A stretch of 64,000 bases of DNA from Catajapyx aquilonaris (taxonomy: Eukaryota). Made by a program: the position numbers and the translations under genes. Below are positions 48,321 through 61,729 of this stretch, piece after piece; the first letter of the stretch is position 1; the number at the start of each line of letters is the position of its first letter. The stretch is from contig KZ538072.1 of assembly GCA_000934665.2 (NCBI GenBank), forward strand, positions 1 through 64,000, written 5' to 3'. The notes beneath the pieces were generated by a model, which was not told the origin of the DNA, ran no database searches, and saw nothing but the letters and a program-made list of their open reading frames with translations.

Positions 48321-51300
48321 CAAGCAGCCTATGAGTGATGGCGATGTTACATATGAAGCAGCCTGATGGATCAGGATCCTACGGATGCGACGGTGAATAA
48401 ATAGGATGCTGTTACTACAGACAGGGTTATTACTGAAAAACAGATCAGGGGCAGGGGGTTACCACTCTCCAAGCATTCCTACCAAGTGTAGAGAAGAAAA
48501 AAAAAACAACACAAGGAATACAAATGTGAAAAACATAGACTATGCAAAGTCAACGCATTTCTTTGTATTCCCTGGTACATGTGCCATTAATGGCACAAAA
48601 CAAACATATGAAAAATGAAATACTTTTAAATCTCTTGAAACACCGACCCCTAACAACCGGTAATCCCAAGTGCTTTGGAAGACTAGTGTATGGTGCATGT
48701 ATGTGGAGGAGCAACTCACAATAATTGGCAGTCACCTACTGATAATGTCCTCTCATGAACGATACTACCAAACCCTTAAAGAGGTCAAGAACAACCATAT
48801 CAAACGAAAGCCATGCATTTTTAAAACTCAAAAGATGTAAACACCGACACAAAATCAGTGGAAACCAAAGCATTTATGTACACATTATCGTGTTACATCT
48901 TGATGAGTGTGTATTAGGCCTATATCACATGTGGTAGCCCCTCCAGCACAAGAAAAAACGTGTACAAAAAAATTGGAAAAAAGCAACAGCTAACGTGAGA
49001 CAGGAATTAGTCCAGTTACAGTGTTATTAATTTAGCTCCTTGACGATCCCAACATGAAAAGCAAAAACAACCAATACTATAACCAAGCAAGTAGAAATGA
49101 TTACCTTCAGGCAAAAATCTACTGGAAAACTACTTTATTGACTCGTCTACAAGTGCAAAGATATCGCTACCAAACGGCAGTCGTAATGTTCATCCAGCCC
49201 CACTACATTACTACACACAAACTACTAGACACACCTAGACACTATGAACCATTGTCGGGTTTTCTCCCTTAAACGCTACCTTACATGTGTGACAACCCAG
49301 TGAAACGAGAAGACGCAATGAGAAGTCAGTCGGGCTAATGAGTATAGTGTAAAAGCTAGTTTCGGGAGTACAAACCATTCAGTCACACAAGCTGGTTCTG
49401 GTGAGAGAACCTACACCACCTGTGAACTCTTGCAGAGAAAAATACATTTTTTATTTGCTCTGTGATTCAGTTAGAATTGGTTACAAAAATAGAGTCTTCT
49501 TCGATAGTTATTGCTCTCTTTTATAAATATGAAAGGGGGAACATTCGGAGGAGGAAAAGACAAGCCAGAGCAGGTGGGGTCAAGATGCAACCAAGAAGAG
49601 AAGGTTGCTTGCACAAACCATGTCTGCCGCCATTGGGTGACGAATTTGGCACATTGACAGGGACGACATATGTATACTGCACTGGGATGGAATCAGTGAC
49701 AACTGTCCCAGAAGGGGCAGGCAGGCTAGCAGTGCAAACGGTTACTCAGTCACAAAATGACTTGAGCCCTATCTCTCTTGCTTGCTTGCTCACTTGGTAA
49801 CACCTTGATCTCATCTGTCTGTCTCATCTCTGCCTTCACTCTGCCAAATAAGCTGCTTGCTTTCATGTAGCTTCGTGGTAAGTACTCTTTCTCTAGTGTA
49901 GTGCTGCTTGCCTCAGACCGATCATTTTGGCCCAAGGGTTACCCTGAAGAGATTGGTTAATTAATTAATGCTCTGACACAGCAGAGGTTCAAGCTTATTG
50001 TCTGAATTGGCCAACTGTTCCCATCAACTCATTATTGCAGCCTGCTACACCAGCACACTTTTTTTTCCCTTTGCTTTCAGCTTGAGATTTTCATATTCAC
50101 CTTAGGTTCAAATTAATGATATCATTACTGTTGTTTTCCAAACAAAATTCAAGCAAACAGTCCACATTTCTGAAAAACCAATTTTTCAGACCAAACCTAG
50201 AGCTTATATGCTGGAAATTTTTAAACAAAAAGCAAGAGATAAACAAAACACTTGACAATTTAAAAACACACTAACCTATGCACTCTTCCACATTCTCAAT
50301 GGCAAACATGTCAGAAAAGGAGCAAATCAACGATGATTGATTGAAGACTTAAAAACTAATACCCTTGTTGCGACATCACTACCAGTTAACACAGAAACCA
50401 AACCACTCCTTGAACTATTGGAGTAACTCACTGTACAGGAGCAGATGAAGCCAAGAGCATGTCGCCGATGGAAGCCGAACACACGAAGAAATGATGCAAT
50501 ACTGTTACCATTGCTAAATGCTAGAGAGCTCTTTCTAATTACACGAGAGCAAAGATGGGTGAAACATGTCAGTTAACACACATTGATAATACTGCACGCA
50601 AGTCAATAGTCACTAGCCGCCACACATCCATTCTTACAGACAAACACGTTTGCACATTCACACTTAACGCTTTGAGTAGGTGAGTAAGCTCAAGGCATCC
50701 ACGGTGCCTATCCATTTCGGTTGTGCTGTACACACACGTGCTTCTCGACTTGGGGCCTTTTCTTACACATTACAGATACAGCCTACTCTTTTCTGTCTAA
50801 TAATTATTATAATAATTATTTCGTGCCAATGCTCTTGGTTTCTCTGCAAAGCTACATTCTTGGAACGACTTTTCTCAACTGTCCACTCAAAACTGCAACA
50901 AAAGACTACAAGCCACAACATAGGTGTCAATGTCTTTCAGATACACTAAAGGGACTGTGTCACACCATGTCAACTGAGACTTGATCTGCTGCACATTTCA
51001 TGTCATTCACATAAAATGCCTCAAAGGGAAAAAATGGAGAACAAACCCTGACTAGATGGTTGCTTTAACTACAGACAACCTGTATGGTTCAAAACTTGAT
51101 TGCCAGGATGATTATTTGCCTCAGTCAACAGACTGATAGGGTTGTAGTGGATGGGCAGGATGATATATAGAACGAGTACAATAATACAAATAATAAACAA
51201 TAAACAGATTTTAAAAAATGATTTCCAAAAGCGTGTGATGGAGATGGCATGTGACTTCTGCCAATAAAGTGGCAGCTCTCAAATGACGCCTTTAAGTGAC

Positions 51301-52116
51301 ACGTTATGTAATTGGTTCAACTGCGGGGTCTGTAAGACTCCTCCTCCTCTCTTTTTCCATGTCACAAAGTTGAAATGATGAGGAACACATTACCAGGCTG
51401 TCCCCTGATTGAGATCCAAGAAAATAATACTCGAAAACGTAGCAGCCTTATGGTAAGTCATCACAACCGTCAATTGACTCAAGAGACTTGCAGCACAGTA
51501 TACAAAAAAAATTACTTCTTTCCAGCACCCACAATTAGGATCTTACATTTTGGTGTGCAGTCACTTCTGAATATCCAAGGCTCACATTCCTTATTTCTCG
51601 AGTCACTGTCAATAAAATTACAAGCCACCCTCTTACACCAGCTTCACCTGTGAAGTTACTCATACATAATTATCAAAGAATTACCCTCTCAACTCAACAT
51701 GGTACTTGAAATATCATCACATGATTTGTTACCCTACTTTGTATACCGTACAAAGACTGTTCTTGTACTGGTCCTGGCCCTTTCCAAATACAAAAAACTT
51801 TGGAACCATGTATGGAAGATGATACGATTCTTTAATACTGATTATTGCAAGTTATTGCTTACTCAATGTAGCGTTTCCAAATACACAGCTTCCCTAACAC
51901 ACATCTGTGGAAGAGATTTGGGTGATTTCCCTTGGGGCAAAACTTAACTCCGTATTGTTGAGTTGTATGGACCTTCTGTGGTCCCAAAAATCTTGGACCG
52001 TATAGCATGATAATCACATTTCACATGATTCTGAACAGAGAGCAAAAGGGCAAGTGCTCTTCCATTGGCGCCCACCTACTCTCCACCCACTGCTGCCCCC
52101 CACCCCAGGTTACCCC

Positions 52117-52407
52117 TTACACATACATCCCTACACCATACATGGAGCCCCAATCAACACCTTGGAAGCTTGACATGTCCACATTGGTCAGGCTGTATCC
52201 TTGGTATGGGTTGGTGGGGGCCACTGGAGGAGCCAGAGAAGCAGCAGCGGCAGCTGCGGCTGCTGTGTTGACGGTGCCTGGCATTGGGTAAGGAGTATAA
52301 CGGTATCCAGCCAGAGAAGGATAAGCATTCAGGAACTTTCCATAGCCTGCCACAGCCGTCTGGGCCTGGGCCACTGCAAGTTGGTTGGCTGCAGCTGCAG
52401 CCTGAAC
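52117..52407 (-). CDS. msi: musashi, last coding exon
   Basis: Acceptor tttcccag at 52408; Ala-rich tail ending PYQGYSLTNVDMSSFQGVDWGSMYGVGMYV*, resembling the insect Musashi C-terminus. Confidence 0.85.
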   Translation of the reverse strand, partial: VQAAAAANQLAVAQAQTAVAGYGKFLNAYPSLAGYRYTPYPMPGTVNTAAAAAAAASLAPPVAPTNPYQGYSLTNVDMSSFQGVDWGSMYGVGMYV

Positions 52408-52468
52408 CTGGGAAACCCGGAATGGAAAGTGGACATGTACAGTACAAGAAAAGCTAGTGGTACCTGGT

Positions 52469-52577
52469 GTCCAACAAGAATTGTCGCAGGGGCAGCGCAC
52501 GAACTACAGTCTCTCGTGTCCCGGTGCTTATAGATTGTAGTTCGTGCGCGCTGCCGCTGCGACAATTCTTGTTGGAC
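52469..52577. repeat. 109-bp intronic hairpin (small MITE or structured RNA)
   Basis: GTCCAACAAGAATTGTCGCAG...CTGCGACAATTCTTGTTGGAC with a paired inner stem. Confidence 0.8.
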
Positions 52578-53911
52578 TGATAGTACAAACACATGGAACT
52601 CCAAACCATGATCACTTTGTCATAAAAATTAGAAGTCATTTACCTTATTTGAGAAAAGATTGTTCAATATCAACATTCTGAATCATCTTTAAAAATGGTA
52701 CCAGATTATGGAGATAAAGAGCTTTATACTTGAGGGGGTTAAAATCATAAACCGACAGCTGCAGAAAATAAAAAAATGAGTTAGCGCCGGAAATGCATTC
52801 CTCATGCCATGGACTACATAATACCTGAATATGGTATCAAAAACCCTACATATGTACATGGGAATAGCCGCTACATTCAGGTATCTACGTTGACATATAC
52901 GGCGAAACTGTAGGTTTTTCTCGTTTTTTTCCGTTACGTTTATGACGGAGTTGTCGGTTTTTGATTTTAATCCCCTCACTAATAGCAGTGATTCTAATCA
53001 CAGTCAGTCAAACACATGTAGAAATGGTTGTGAAATATCATAAGGATTCTGAGGCTTCATATGGACCACCACCACCCACCTGCCCACCAAATTTGGTTGG
53101 CATCAGAGAAAAAGTGAAGCCAGTGCTTGTTGGTATTTGCCAGTAGCTGTCAGAATTTTTGACCTCACTATACGTACTAAAAAGCATATCCTCCAAGGAG
53201 ACAAGTAAAACAATGTGTACTTGAGAATCACAATAACTGTGGAAAAGGTTGCTGCTCAATTCAGCACTCTCCAACACCTCCATGTGCAGACTTTTAACAA
53301 TGGAAATCTGTGCACCTGAGATGGATACCATTCTACAGGTGCTACCTTCAGAGATTGAACATATTTCATTCACTTTTGCCTTCACCTGCAGGCTCCAAGT
53401 TAGACTCTAGTTTAAACCTTCAACTCCTTCCTTGCCAATGTGAATGTATCATGTGTTTCATAATTGGGTTACATTCATATCAGTGACCATGTTGTCTACC
53501 ACTTTCTTATCAGTGGCAACTTAGGATGATTGGACTGCATGCCCACATTACAGAAGCAAGTGCTTCAATATGACTCAGCCTTACCTGATGAGGTAGTGTC
53601 ACACAAGTCTAAGACTTATTAAATAATTCACTTCATATAATATGGCTTCACTGACATGGGAAGTAACTAATCAATTGACTAAATTAAAAGGCACAAAATA
53701 TTGTTGTTGTGAATTTCAGGACACTACAATACTCCCATCGGTTGCCAGGCTGTTGAGGAGGTCTGACTACTTAGCTTTGCCATTTTGCAACTCAAGCCTT
53801 CTGATATTGATAAATACTCATTCAAGGCATTACTAATTATCACCCCATAAATTTCAATATAGGTATTGTTGTAAACTGCAAGCCTTGAATAATGATATAA
53901 AGTGCCCTTAC

Positions 53912-54394
53912 CTGTACAGCTTGGGCAGCAGCTAGCTGGGTTGCAGCTGCTGTGGCACCCAATGAACCCAGAACCACACGTTTCCCTAGCAGAGGGTTTG
54001 GCTGCACTGCCTCCTTGGGTTGTGCCTTTTTGCATTCTACTTTCTTGTTCTTGATGGTGTGGAAGTGGATTTCACAAACCCGATCAACGACCTCTTCACT
54101 CTCAAAGGTGACAAAGCCAAATCCTCGGTGGCGCTTTGTCTGCTGGTCCATCAGCATTACTGCTTCCTCCACTTTGCCAAACTGATTAAAGTAAGCCTTC
54201 ACTTCATCAGCAGAGGTCTCTTGACTCACGCCACCCACAAATATCTTCTTGGTCTTGTTGGCCTTGCTGCGGTTCTTTGGTGTAGCATGCTTGGGATCTA
54301 TTTTCTTCCCATCTAGAGTGTGGGTAGGCACCTGCAACACCTTGTCCACACAACTTGGATCAGCAAAAGTAATGAAGCCAAATCCTCGGCTTCG
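53912..54394 (-). CDS. msi: musashi, RRM1 (second half) and RRM2 exon
   Basis: [10 protein letters not shown]...[16 protein letters not shown]...KIFVGGVSQ...[11 protein letters not shown]...[22 protein letters not shown]; phase-0 acceptor at 54395 and GTAAGG donor at 53911. Confidence 0.95.
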
Positions 54395-54896
54395 CTGCAA
54401 AAGAAATTGGATGGTCAACTTTTTGCTCTGTTGCTGCTTTCATGCTGCAAAGATTATTGTGAGACAGTTCTTTCCACCTACAGTTCTTGAATTGTGTGTT
54501 CTAAAAACATTCTATTATTCATTATTGCCACTGACATTCTCCAACAATTTAGAATCACTGAGCTTATTATGAATTGTAGACCCTCTCTTCATAAGAAAAA
54601 TAAAAACCTTCACATAAATTACATTGAATATTGCTTTGAACAAATCACCCTACTATATCACTCCACACTTTTTGCTCAAGTAGGCTACAAAAGATAGATT
54701 GAATGTCATTTTTTTCTGTGGGATATTTTAGAGTAGCCAAACATCATGTACTGTCACCATTGCTCATAACATGACCAGGACTATCTCCAATAGTTGCAAC
54801 ACTTATTCTTCAACTACATTATAATACAACCATTGACTTTTTTGTGCAACAATGAGACACTATGATTTTTTTTGTGAAAACAAGGACTGGGGGAGG

Positions 54897-54898
<2 letters not shown>

Positions 54899-54932
<34 letters not shown>
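54899..54932. repeat. (GA)n microsatellite
   Basis: Perfect dinucleotide run. Confidence 0.9.
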
Positions 54933-54936
<4 letters not shown>

Positions 54937-57900
54937 TTCATCATAACTCAGACATTTGACTTTTGCAACTAACAATGCATAGATGTACGGTATACATGTA
55001 TAATGTTGTCCTTCAACATTACTCAAGTCAATCTTTAAAATTAAGTATTTCAAAGTAGAGATGGTAGGTACAAGATATGGATAGAGAGGAGGTTAATGGC
55101 CAAAATAGCACAGGTTTTGTGTCAGGATGATTTCAGGTGCTGTTTCAAACTACTTTCATGTAAATACCAGACAAGTTGCAAAGGTAAGCAGGCCATGTGA
55201 GATGGGCGGTTACAACTCTCCATGAATAGTTGCTTTAAAACGTCCCACGCCCACTTTACGTCACATGGTTATAATGGTGGGTTCCAAAGCTCACAATGTC
55301 TTGAGTGAATTCATGTTGTGAGAAGATGAATATTCATATATTCCTCACCTCTAGCTACATATGTTCTTGGCACCCCAACAAAAACAGTAACAAGGCTGAA
55401 ATGGTTTGAAATAGATAGGGTGCAAGAATCAATTCTTTTGTAACCCAAATTCACTCACAACTACCAGTTCTTGCTAGCTTGAGAACCCACCTTAAAGCAG
55501 ATATATCATCCTCATATTAATTTGACTACCACGAAATGCACACTGTTAATTGCAACAACTTCCATGCACTAAGTTTATATTATCTCTTCACTTCTTTTGA
55601 CAGCATGCATCAATTTGGCATTGTGAAACATCCTTGCACAAAAAGTAATGTCCTGGTCATATTATAATCTGGTCATGGTAATTGAGTGTATCATATCAAG
55701 TGCTGTTCCAATTGCTCCTGTGTGACTGCAATATCTATGAATGAACCATCTACACACATGAACTGAAACTAAACTACAAGCACCATCACCTTTGGGTAAC
55801 ATATCTAACCTCAGTATCACACTACCTCGCTACAGAGCTCTTGCTTTCCCGAGATCAGTCGTAGATCAAAATATATATGATTGCTTCTCTACAGCACAAC
55901 ACTAGAACAAGTCCCGGGTAACGAGTTATGTAAAAACCAGGCAGCAACCAAGTCTGGGTAGTACCATACTGCAACTTGCATCCACATATATAATCATTTA
56001 CATGCAAAAAATAGTGATGCTTGTGAACACAGAATCTCAGATAAGAGTACACAACCACTATGCAACTGACACCTCACCCATATCCAAAAGTGAGTAGACT
56101 GTCCTACTGCACTTGTAATATACTACAGTAGATACACATACTGATTGCAGCACAGTGATGGAAATATCAAGTCGGGAGTAACCATAGATTCTGCTAGCAG
56201 GTGCCAGCCTATGGCCTCACCTGGGACAAAATGGGGAGCGAACAATGGGGAACCTACTTAAATTAAATGCTTCCAGTTATGGAGCAGATACATCAAAACA
56301 ATGGGTCCTCTGACATATCTTTTGAATACATTTGCACAACCACTTTGTCACCAAGGAGTGGTTATTCCTACAAAATATGTTACCATGTGCAAGAAGCAAT
56401 AAACCAAATTGTGGTGGGGGTATTAGAGCAACATCTGATTGAAAGCAAGTCCCAACACTTATGTCCCGCAGTATCTCCACCATAACTGTGTCTCCTACTT
56501 ATAATTCTCATCAGCACACCTAAACAATAATATTCTACTTGGATCAACTCTACTAAATAATACATCAACTTTACACCTCTTAAAACACACTAGGCTATAT
56601 TATGGTAAGCCTACCAGGGCATTTCAAATAAATGGCAGTGAGCTACTCTACTATCTTATTTTTGGCTACATTTATGAATTAATGATGTAGATAGGTAAAC
56701 TTGTACATGCCAACTATGTTGGAAATTCAAGCTACATTTTTAAATCAACAATGTTACAGGAGTGGGGTTGCTTTACATATATGTATTTATAATGTATATA
56801 CTGTCTGTTTCAGAATTTAGCTCAGATCTGTACTTGTGAATATTTCGTGGACCCTCAGCCACTTCACCTACAAATTTGGCACATATCATTGGAAAGCTAT
56901 TTAATGAGATTTCCAGTGTGCATATAACTAACTGTTCAACTTGCAAGTGAGGTGACAAGAGCATAAATGGAAATGAGTGCTGATGAGATCTTCACTAATA
57001 TGGATATGAGGTAAATTCTGAAACAAACTGTATACAGTCAGGGTGTTATAAACAAATGCTATGACACTCGAGTTTAACACAGTGAAACCTGCCTGTAGCA
57101 GACCATGGACAGACTATAGTGAAAACTTGTTTACTGCAGAATTTTTTTTGCAGCCCTGGCAATGTGATAAAATTTCCCTGTTATTTTTAAAATATGTATA
57201 ATCCAAAAACCATTTTTAGGTCCCACAAGTCAAAACCTGTACATGGTCATAATTGACTCTGTAATAAGGCTGTTTAACATATTTGCTGAATAAGGAGTCG
57301 GGCAAGATATAGGGGCATGAGTGGCATGCAGAAGCTCTGCCAGGTGCGAAGGTAGTGGTGGGTATCATTTTTGGCATTAGAAATGCATATTGGGGGGCAC
57401 AAATTCCGAGTCATGTAAATGTGAACGTCTAAAATTCCTTTTCCTATTTCAGTATTCTTCAATTCTGGTATATACAGGTTTCACTGTAATTAAATGGGCA
57501 GGAAAATGGTTCAATAATTGGGGAATTTGTACTTGTTCTGCACGTGTGAGGCAAAAAGAAATGCACAGATCAACAAAACCCTTGTTCCCCATGAAGTATT
57601 GCAGTATCTTCTTTTTCACTCATGATCTGATTTAACATTTCCTAAATGTGATCTTCCAATTAACTGTTCTGCAAGCTTCTCCAATATAACAAAAATGCAA
57701 TAAGGTGACTTATCCAACCTACTAAACTCCAAATTGAAGGCACCCAACTGCTCAGGGCATCACTAAATTCATACTCACTACTCTTTCTGTCACTATGTAT
57801 AAAGGGGCGTAAAAGGTTGGGGGTAACTCGCAAATCACTATCGACAAGTGCACAAGGTCAACTGACCAAAAAACAGCACAAATGGAGGGCAAGGGGTGAA

Positions 57901-60252
57901 GGTGCAGTTTTCTCCATTCAATAAATGGAGGGGGTTGGGGGGTATGTACTGTATAGGACACACTAGTCACCAAAATTGGTGGTCGAGTCTACCTTCTTGA
58001 AGACCAGGAAGGGAAGTTACATTCCCTTTGCCAACTTCCCCCACATCCAATCATGAATTTACCAGAGAGGTGGTCCATAGGCTTCTGAAACACATAATTA
58101 AGTTTATTAGAACATGCTGATGGATGCAACTGGTTTCTTCCTTCTGGATGCGCCAACTTTTCTCACCGTCATGGTGGATAACAAACAGGACCATACTGAA
58201 AATATTCAAACCATGCAGGATTACTTGCACTAGCTGTTCTAATGCTCTGCATATACACACTGATATGCACACAACAGCTTTTATGCATATGTGCCTGCAT
58301 CCATGCATAAAACATAGCCTACTGTCCAGCTTCTCCCATGCTTAACATTTCTTATCTGGATAACTAACCTGCACTTGGGCAACTTTATTTTTAATATCAC
58401 AAAGGCCAGTCACATATTTACAAGAAATGCTGGGAGCCTAACACAGCCACAACTGTTTTCGCCATGGCAAATACATTCCCCATCAACACATGAAATAATT
58501 ATGTATCTCGGTAGGAAGTTCACAGCATGCATTTTACTATATCTGTTGGCCATATAAGCCAAATGAGCAAAGTCTTGTGGTTGAAGCAAAAAATACTGTT
58601 ACTCAGTATCCTGGGCTGCTCTGGCTCATGCAACCCAACAGAGATGGCATAGTTAAGGGCAAGCTGTGACTATAGTAATGATCCAATATATGTGCATTTC
58701 AAACTGGCAACAAATGTGACAGCATTAATAATGATTTGAATACACACATTTGTGTGCTGTGTGTTCTTTGAACTACTGCAAAAGCAAATCCAAATCTGAC
58801 TCAAGCATGCACGAACTCCAAATGATGAATGAAACCTTTGGAAAGTCGACAACACAAACATATCTACACACAAGACCACATAAATTCTACAATATGCATT
58901 TCAAATTGAGGTCGTTTTCAAAATTTCAGGAATTCCAGCCATTATGAATCCATTGTGTGAATCAAAACTCTTATAACTTATCTAGGAAATTCCTTCTAAT
59001 AGTGACACACACAACCAGTGCCAGTTGTGGGGTCCACATGACCAGCAGGGCATTAAGATCTGCACTACAGATATCAAAACAGCAGCATGAACTAACAAAA
59101 AAGCTTAGGATGCATTTCCCAACCAAGTTCCAAAAGCAATTTTTAACCAATAATATCTCGACTACGTTGAATTAGCACACTTCAGAAGCATCCTGTATAA
59201 CTCCATCTCAAGTGCAGAGTATGTCTCTGGTCATGAAAAAGCAAATATCCCTTCACAAGGGACACTTGCCCTTATGTTTGTGAATGGTCGAATTATGCAC
59301 TGTCATAAGCACAAAGATGGCCAAGGCCTTACAGTTTCACCAAAAAATCATTGTACAATTACTGGATCTTAAACTTCTCATTCCATTTCAATACTAATTA
59401 CAAACATGCATTGCTTATTATAATTGTATTAATTATATGAAATGACATGGTAAAGTTGAAATTGCTGTTAATAATACACAATAGGGGTACAACTCGGCCC
59501 TGCTTAGCAAAAAGCTGTTAACTCCTATGTGCTATAAGGTTGAGAGTTGCTTCTCCAGCTCCATTAATCTACTGCATCTGGAATAGTTGATAAAAATCTG
59601 GATCTGGATGAGCTACACTCAACCAGACACACATTGCAGATATGATTGTTTGCTAAACATGACAGAAGATTCCACACAATACTACTGTACATACTGTATT
59701 AACTACTACAAGCAACCATCGACTCTTTAAAAAACCATTTCACCTAGTAAAAGAAGAATAGTACCACAACTATGTGAGCAGAAGTGAACTGTCACAATGG
59801 AATATTGTACGTGTTAGAAACCATATTCCCATCTAATTGTCTGGCAAGGAATTGTAGTGACACTTGCACTGTTGCAGGAACATCATGTCTCAGTTCATCT
59901 GTAGGCAACATTGGTAGTGGATGAGAATGGTAATTATTTGTACAAAATTTTTACTCAGCATTTCTGTGACTCCAATAGCTCACTTATGCCGAAGGTCAAA
60001 CAAGATTGTTTCACAGGAACCATAGTCAATTTTTATTTCATACTGCTATAATCTTATTTCAAATCACCAATGGTCACTGTGAAGAATATTGGATGAGGGT
60101 GTAATCAGGAATGGCATAATCCAATCTCCTGCCCTTAATAACTTGTGTTCCAATAACAGAAGAAAGAGCCACTACATATAGGCCAATGTCCCTGACATGA
60201 CCAAACACACAATGTAGCAGAAATTAAGCAAGCCCACTGTCATGGCCTGAGG

Positions 60253-60610
60253 TACTACTAAATTCACGGTGGAAGACCGGATAGGCTCCACCCCCTACCA
60301 CTGGTCATGGCCAGCTCTGCTGCCAAATGTGGAAGGTTCGATGGTTTATGGCAGGGGACTCCTTTATTTACCTCTTCTACCCCAATAAACCCTATTGTAC
60401 CTCTCCCCACATCCATCCCTCCCCTTGAGGCGATTGCCACTCTTGGCAACTCAGCAGGAGTGTGCCAAGCCGGGAAAAACGGTTAAGCACTACTCCAATG
60501 GTATTTCTCCATAAGCTTTCCCTAATACTACAAAAATGTCGAACGTATTTCCAAACGTGATTTTTCAGTGGGCAGGGCCTATCCGGTCTTCCACCGTGAA
60601 TTTAGTAGTA
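60253..60610. mobile_element. MITE in musashi intron
   Basis: TACTACTAAATTCACGGTGGAAGACCGGATAGG...CCTATCCGGTCTTCCACCGTGAATTTAGTAGTA inverted ends. Confidence 0.7.
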
Positions 60611-61510
60611 GTGGAGATATAGCATGATCATTTAATGTCAAGTGGAGTAGTGTGACATGCACTGTGGCAGGCACTCTATGCCAACTGTTCATAAACAATC
60701 TACGCCTTCCCTTTCACTCCACATGTGATGTCACATTGTCCCTGAGAGCAGGTTTTGCTGCACTTCTGCCATGGCAACTCATGATGGCCCAAAAATGTGA
60801 AGGGCATGGTTAGTAACATGTAAGAAAATACACACAGGATTGGGACAACAAGATTGAAAGCTCAATAAAACAATCCTTACACCTAAGTGTGTGCAGATTA
60901 AAATACCAACTGGTGTAGCAGTGCTGTATAGTGCAAAAAGAGACAGTCATTCCCAACTACATACTACCCTGGAGAAAGCAATTTCCCTCCCAGTGCCTCA
61001 AATTGTAAACAGAAACATGTGTACAATCTATTGTAGTGGGCCATATACATACTGTAAATAGAACAAGAAGTGATTCGAAACCAAAAGACAAGTGAATTGA
61101 CAGGTTTCACGCACTGGTGTTTCATGCACGCTAGAAATGGTGACGAGGCATCTGATTGTGCAGCCTCATCCGAGATGATTAATCTTAGCCATTCACAGGA
61201 TTCTCCTCACAGGACAACTTTTTCAGTTGGAAAGCCAAAGAGGCCAACTCTCCAAACCTTTTACAGTTCAGCTAGAAGAATGCAGAAAATATGGTTTCAC
61301 TGAAGCAGAAAGGATAACATGTTGCAAGTACACCACCCAGATTAATGAAGCCTGGTTAATTGACACAATATTACTGTTAGCTCTATAGAACTAACCTACT
61401 ACAAAATCTGAGGTGCATGTTACAATAAAATAGCTAATGATATTTTTGGGACTCGAGTGATCGCAATGGCCTGTCTTTATACATAGAGACGGAGGCCAAC
61501 AGTGCACTAC

Positions 61511-61729
61511 CTGAGTCACAGGATCCTTCATAACTAGGACATCAGTGACGGTCCCAAACTGACTGAAGTACTCCCTGAGTTTTTCAGCTGAAGTCTGCCA
61601 ACTGAGACCCCCAACAAATAGTTTGTTGGGGGCTGGATCATTCGGAGTTGACCGACCAGATGATCCTGCCTGGCTCCCATTCACTATCCCGCCGTTGTGC
61701 TCTGAGTTATTCATTCCATTTCCTTCCAT
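61511..61729 (-). CDS. msi: musashi, first coding exon seen (N-terminus and start of RRM1)
   Basis: MEGNG...SGRSTPNDPAPNKLFVGGLSWQTSAEKLREYFSQFGTVTDVLVMKDPVTQ; GT donor at 61510; acceptor ttttctctag at 61737 implies an upstream exon; spliced product is 330 aa. Confidence 0.9.
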
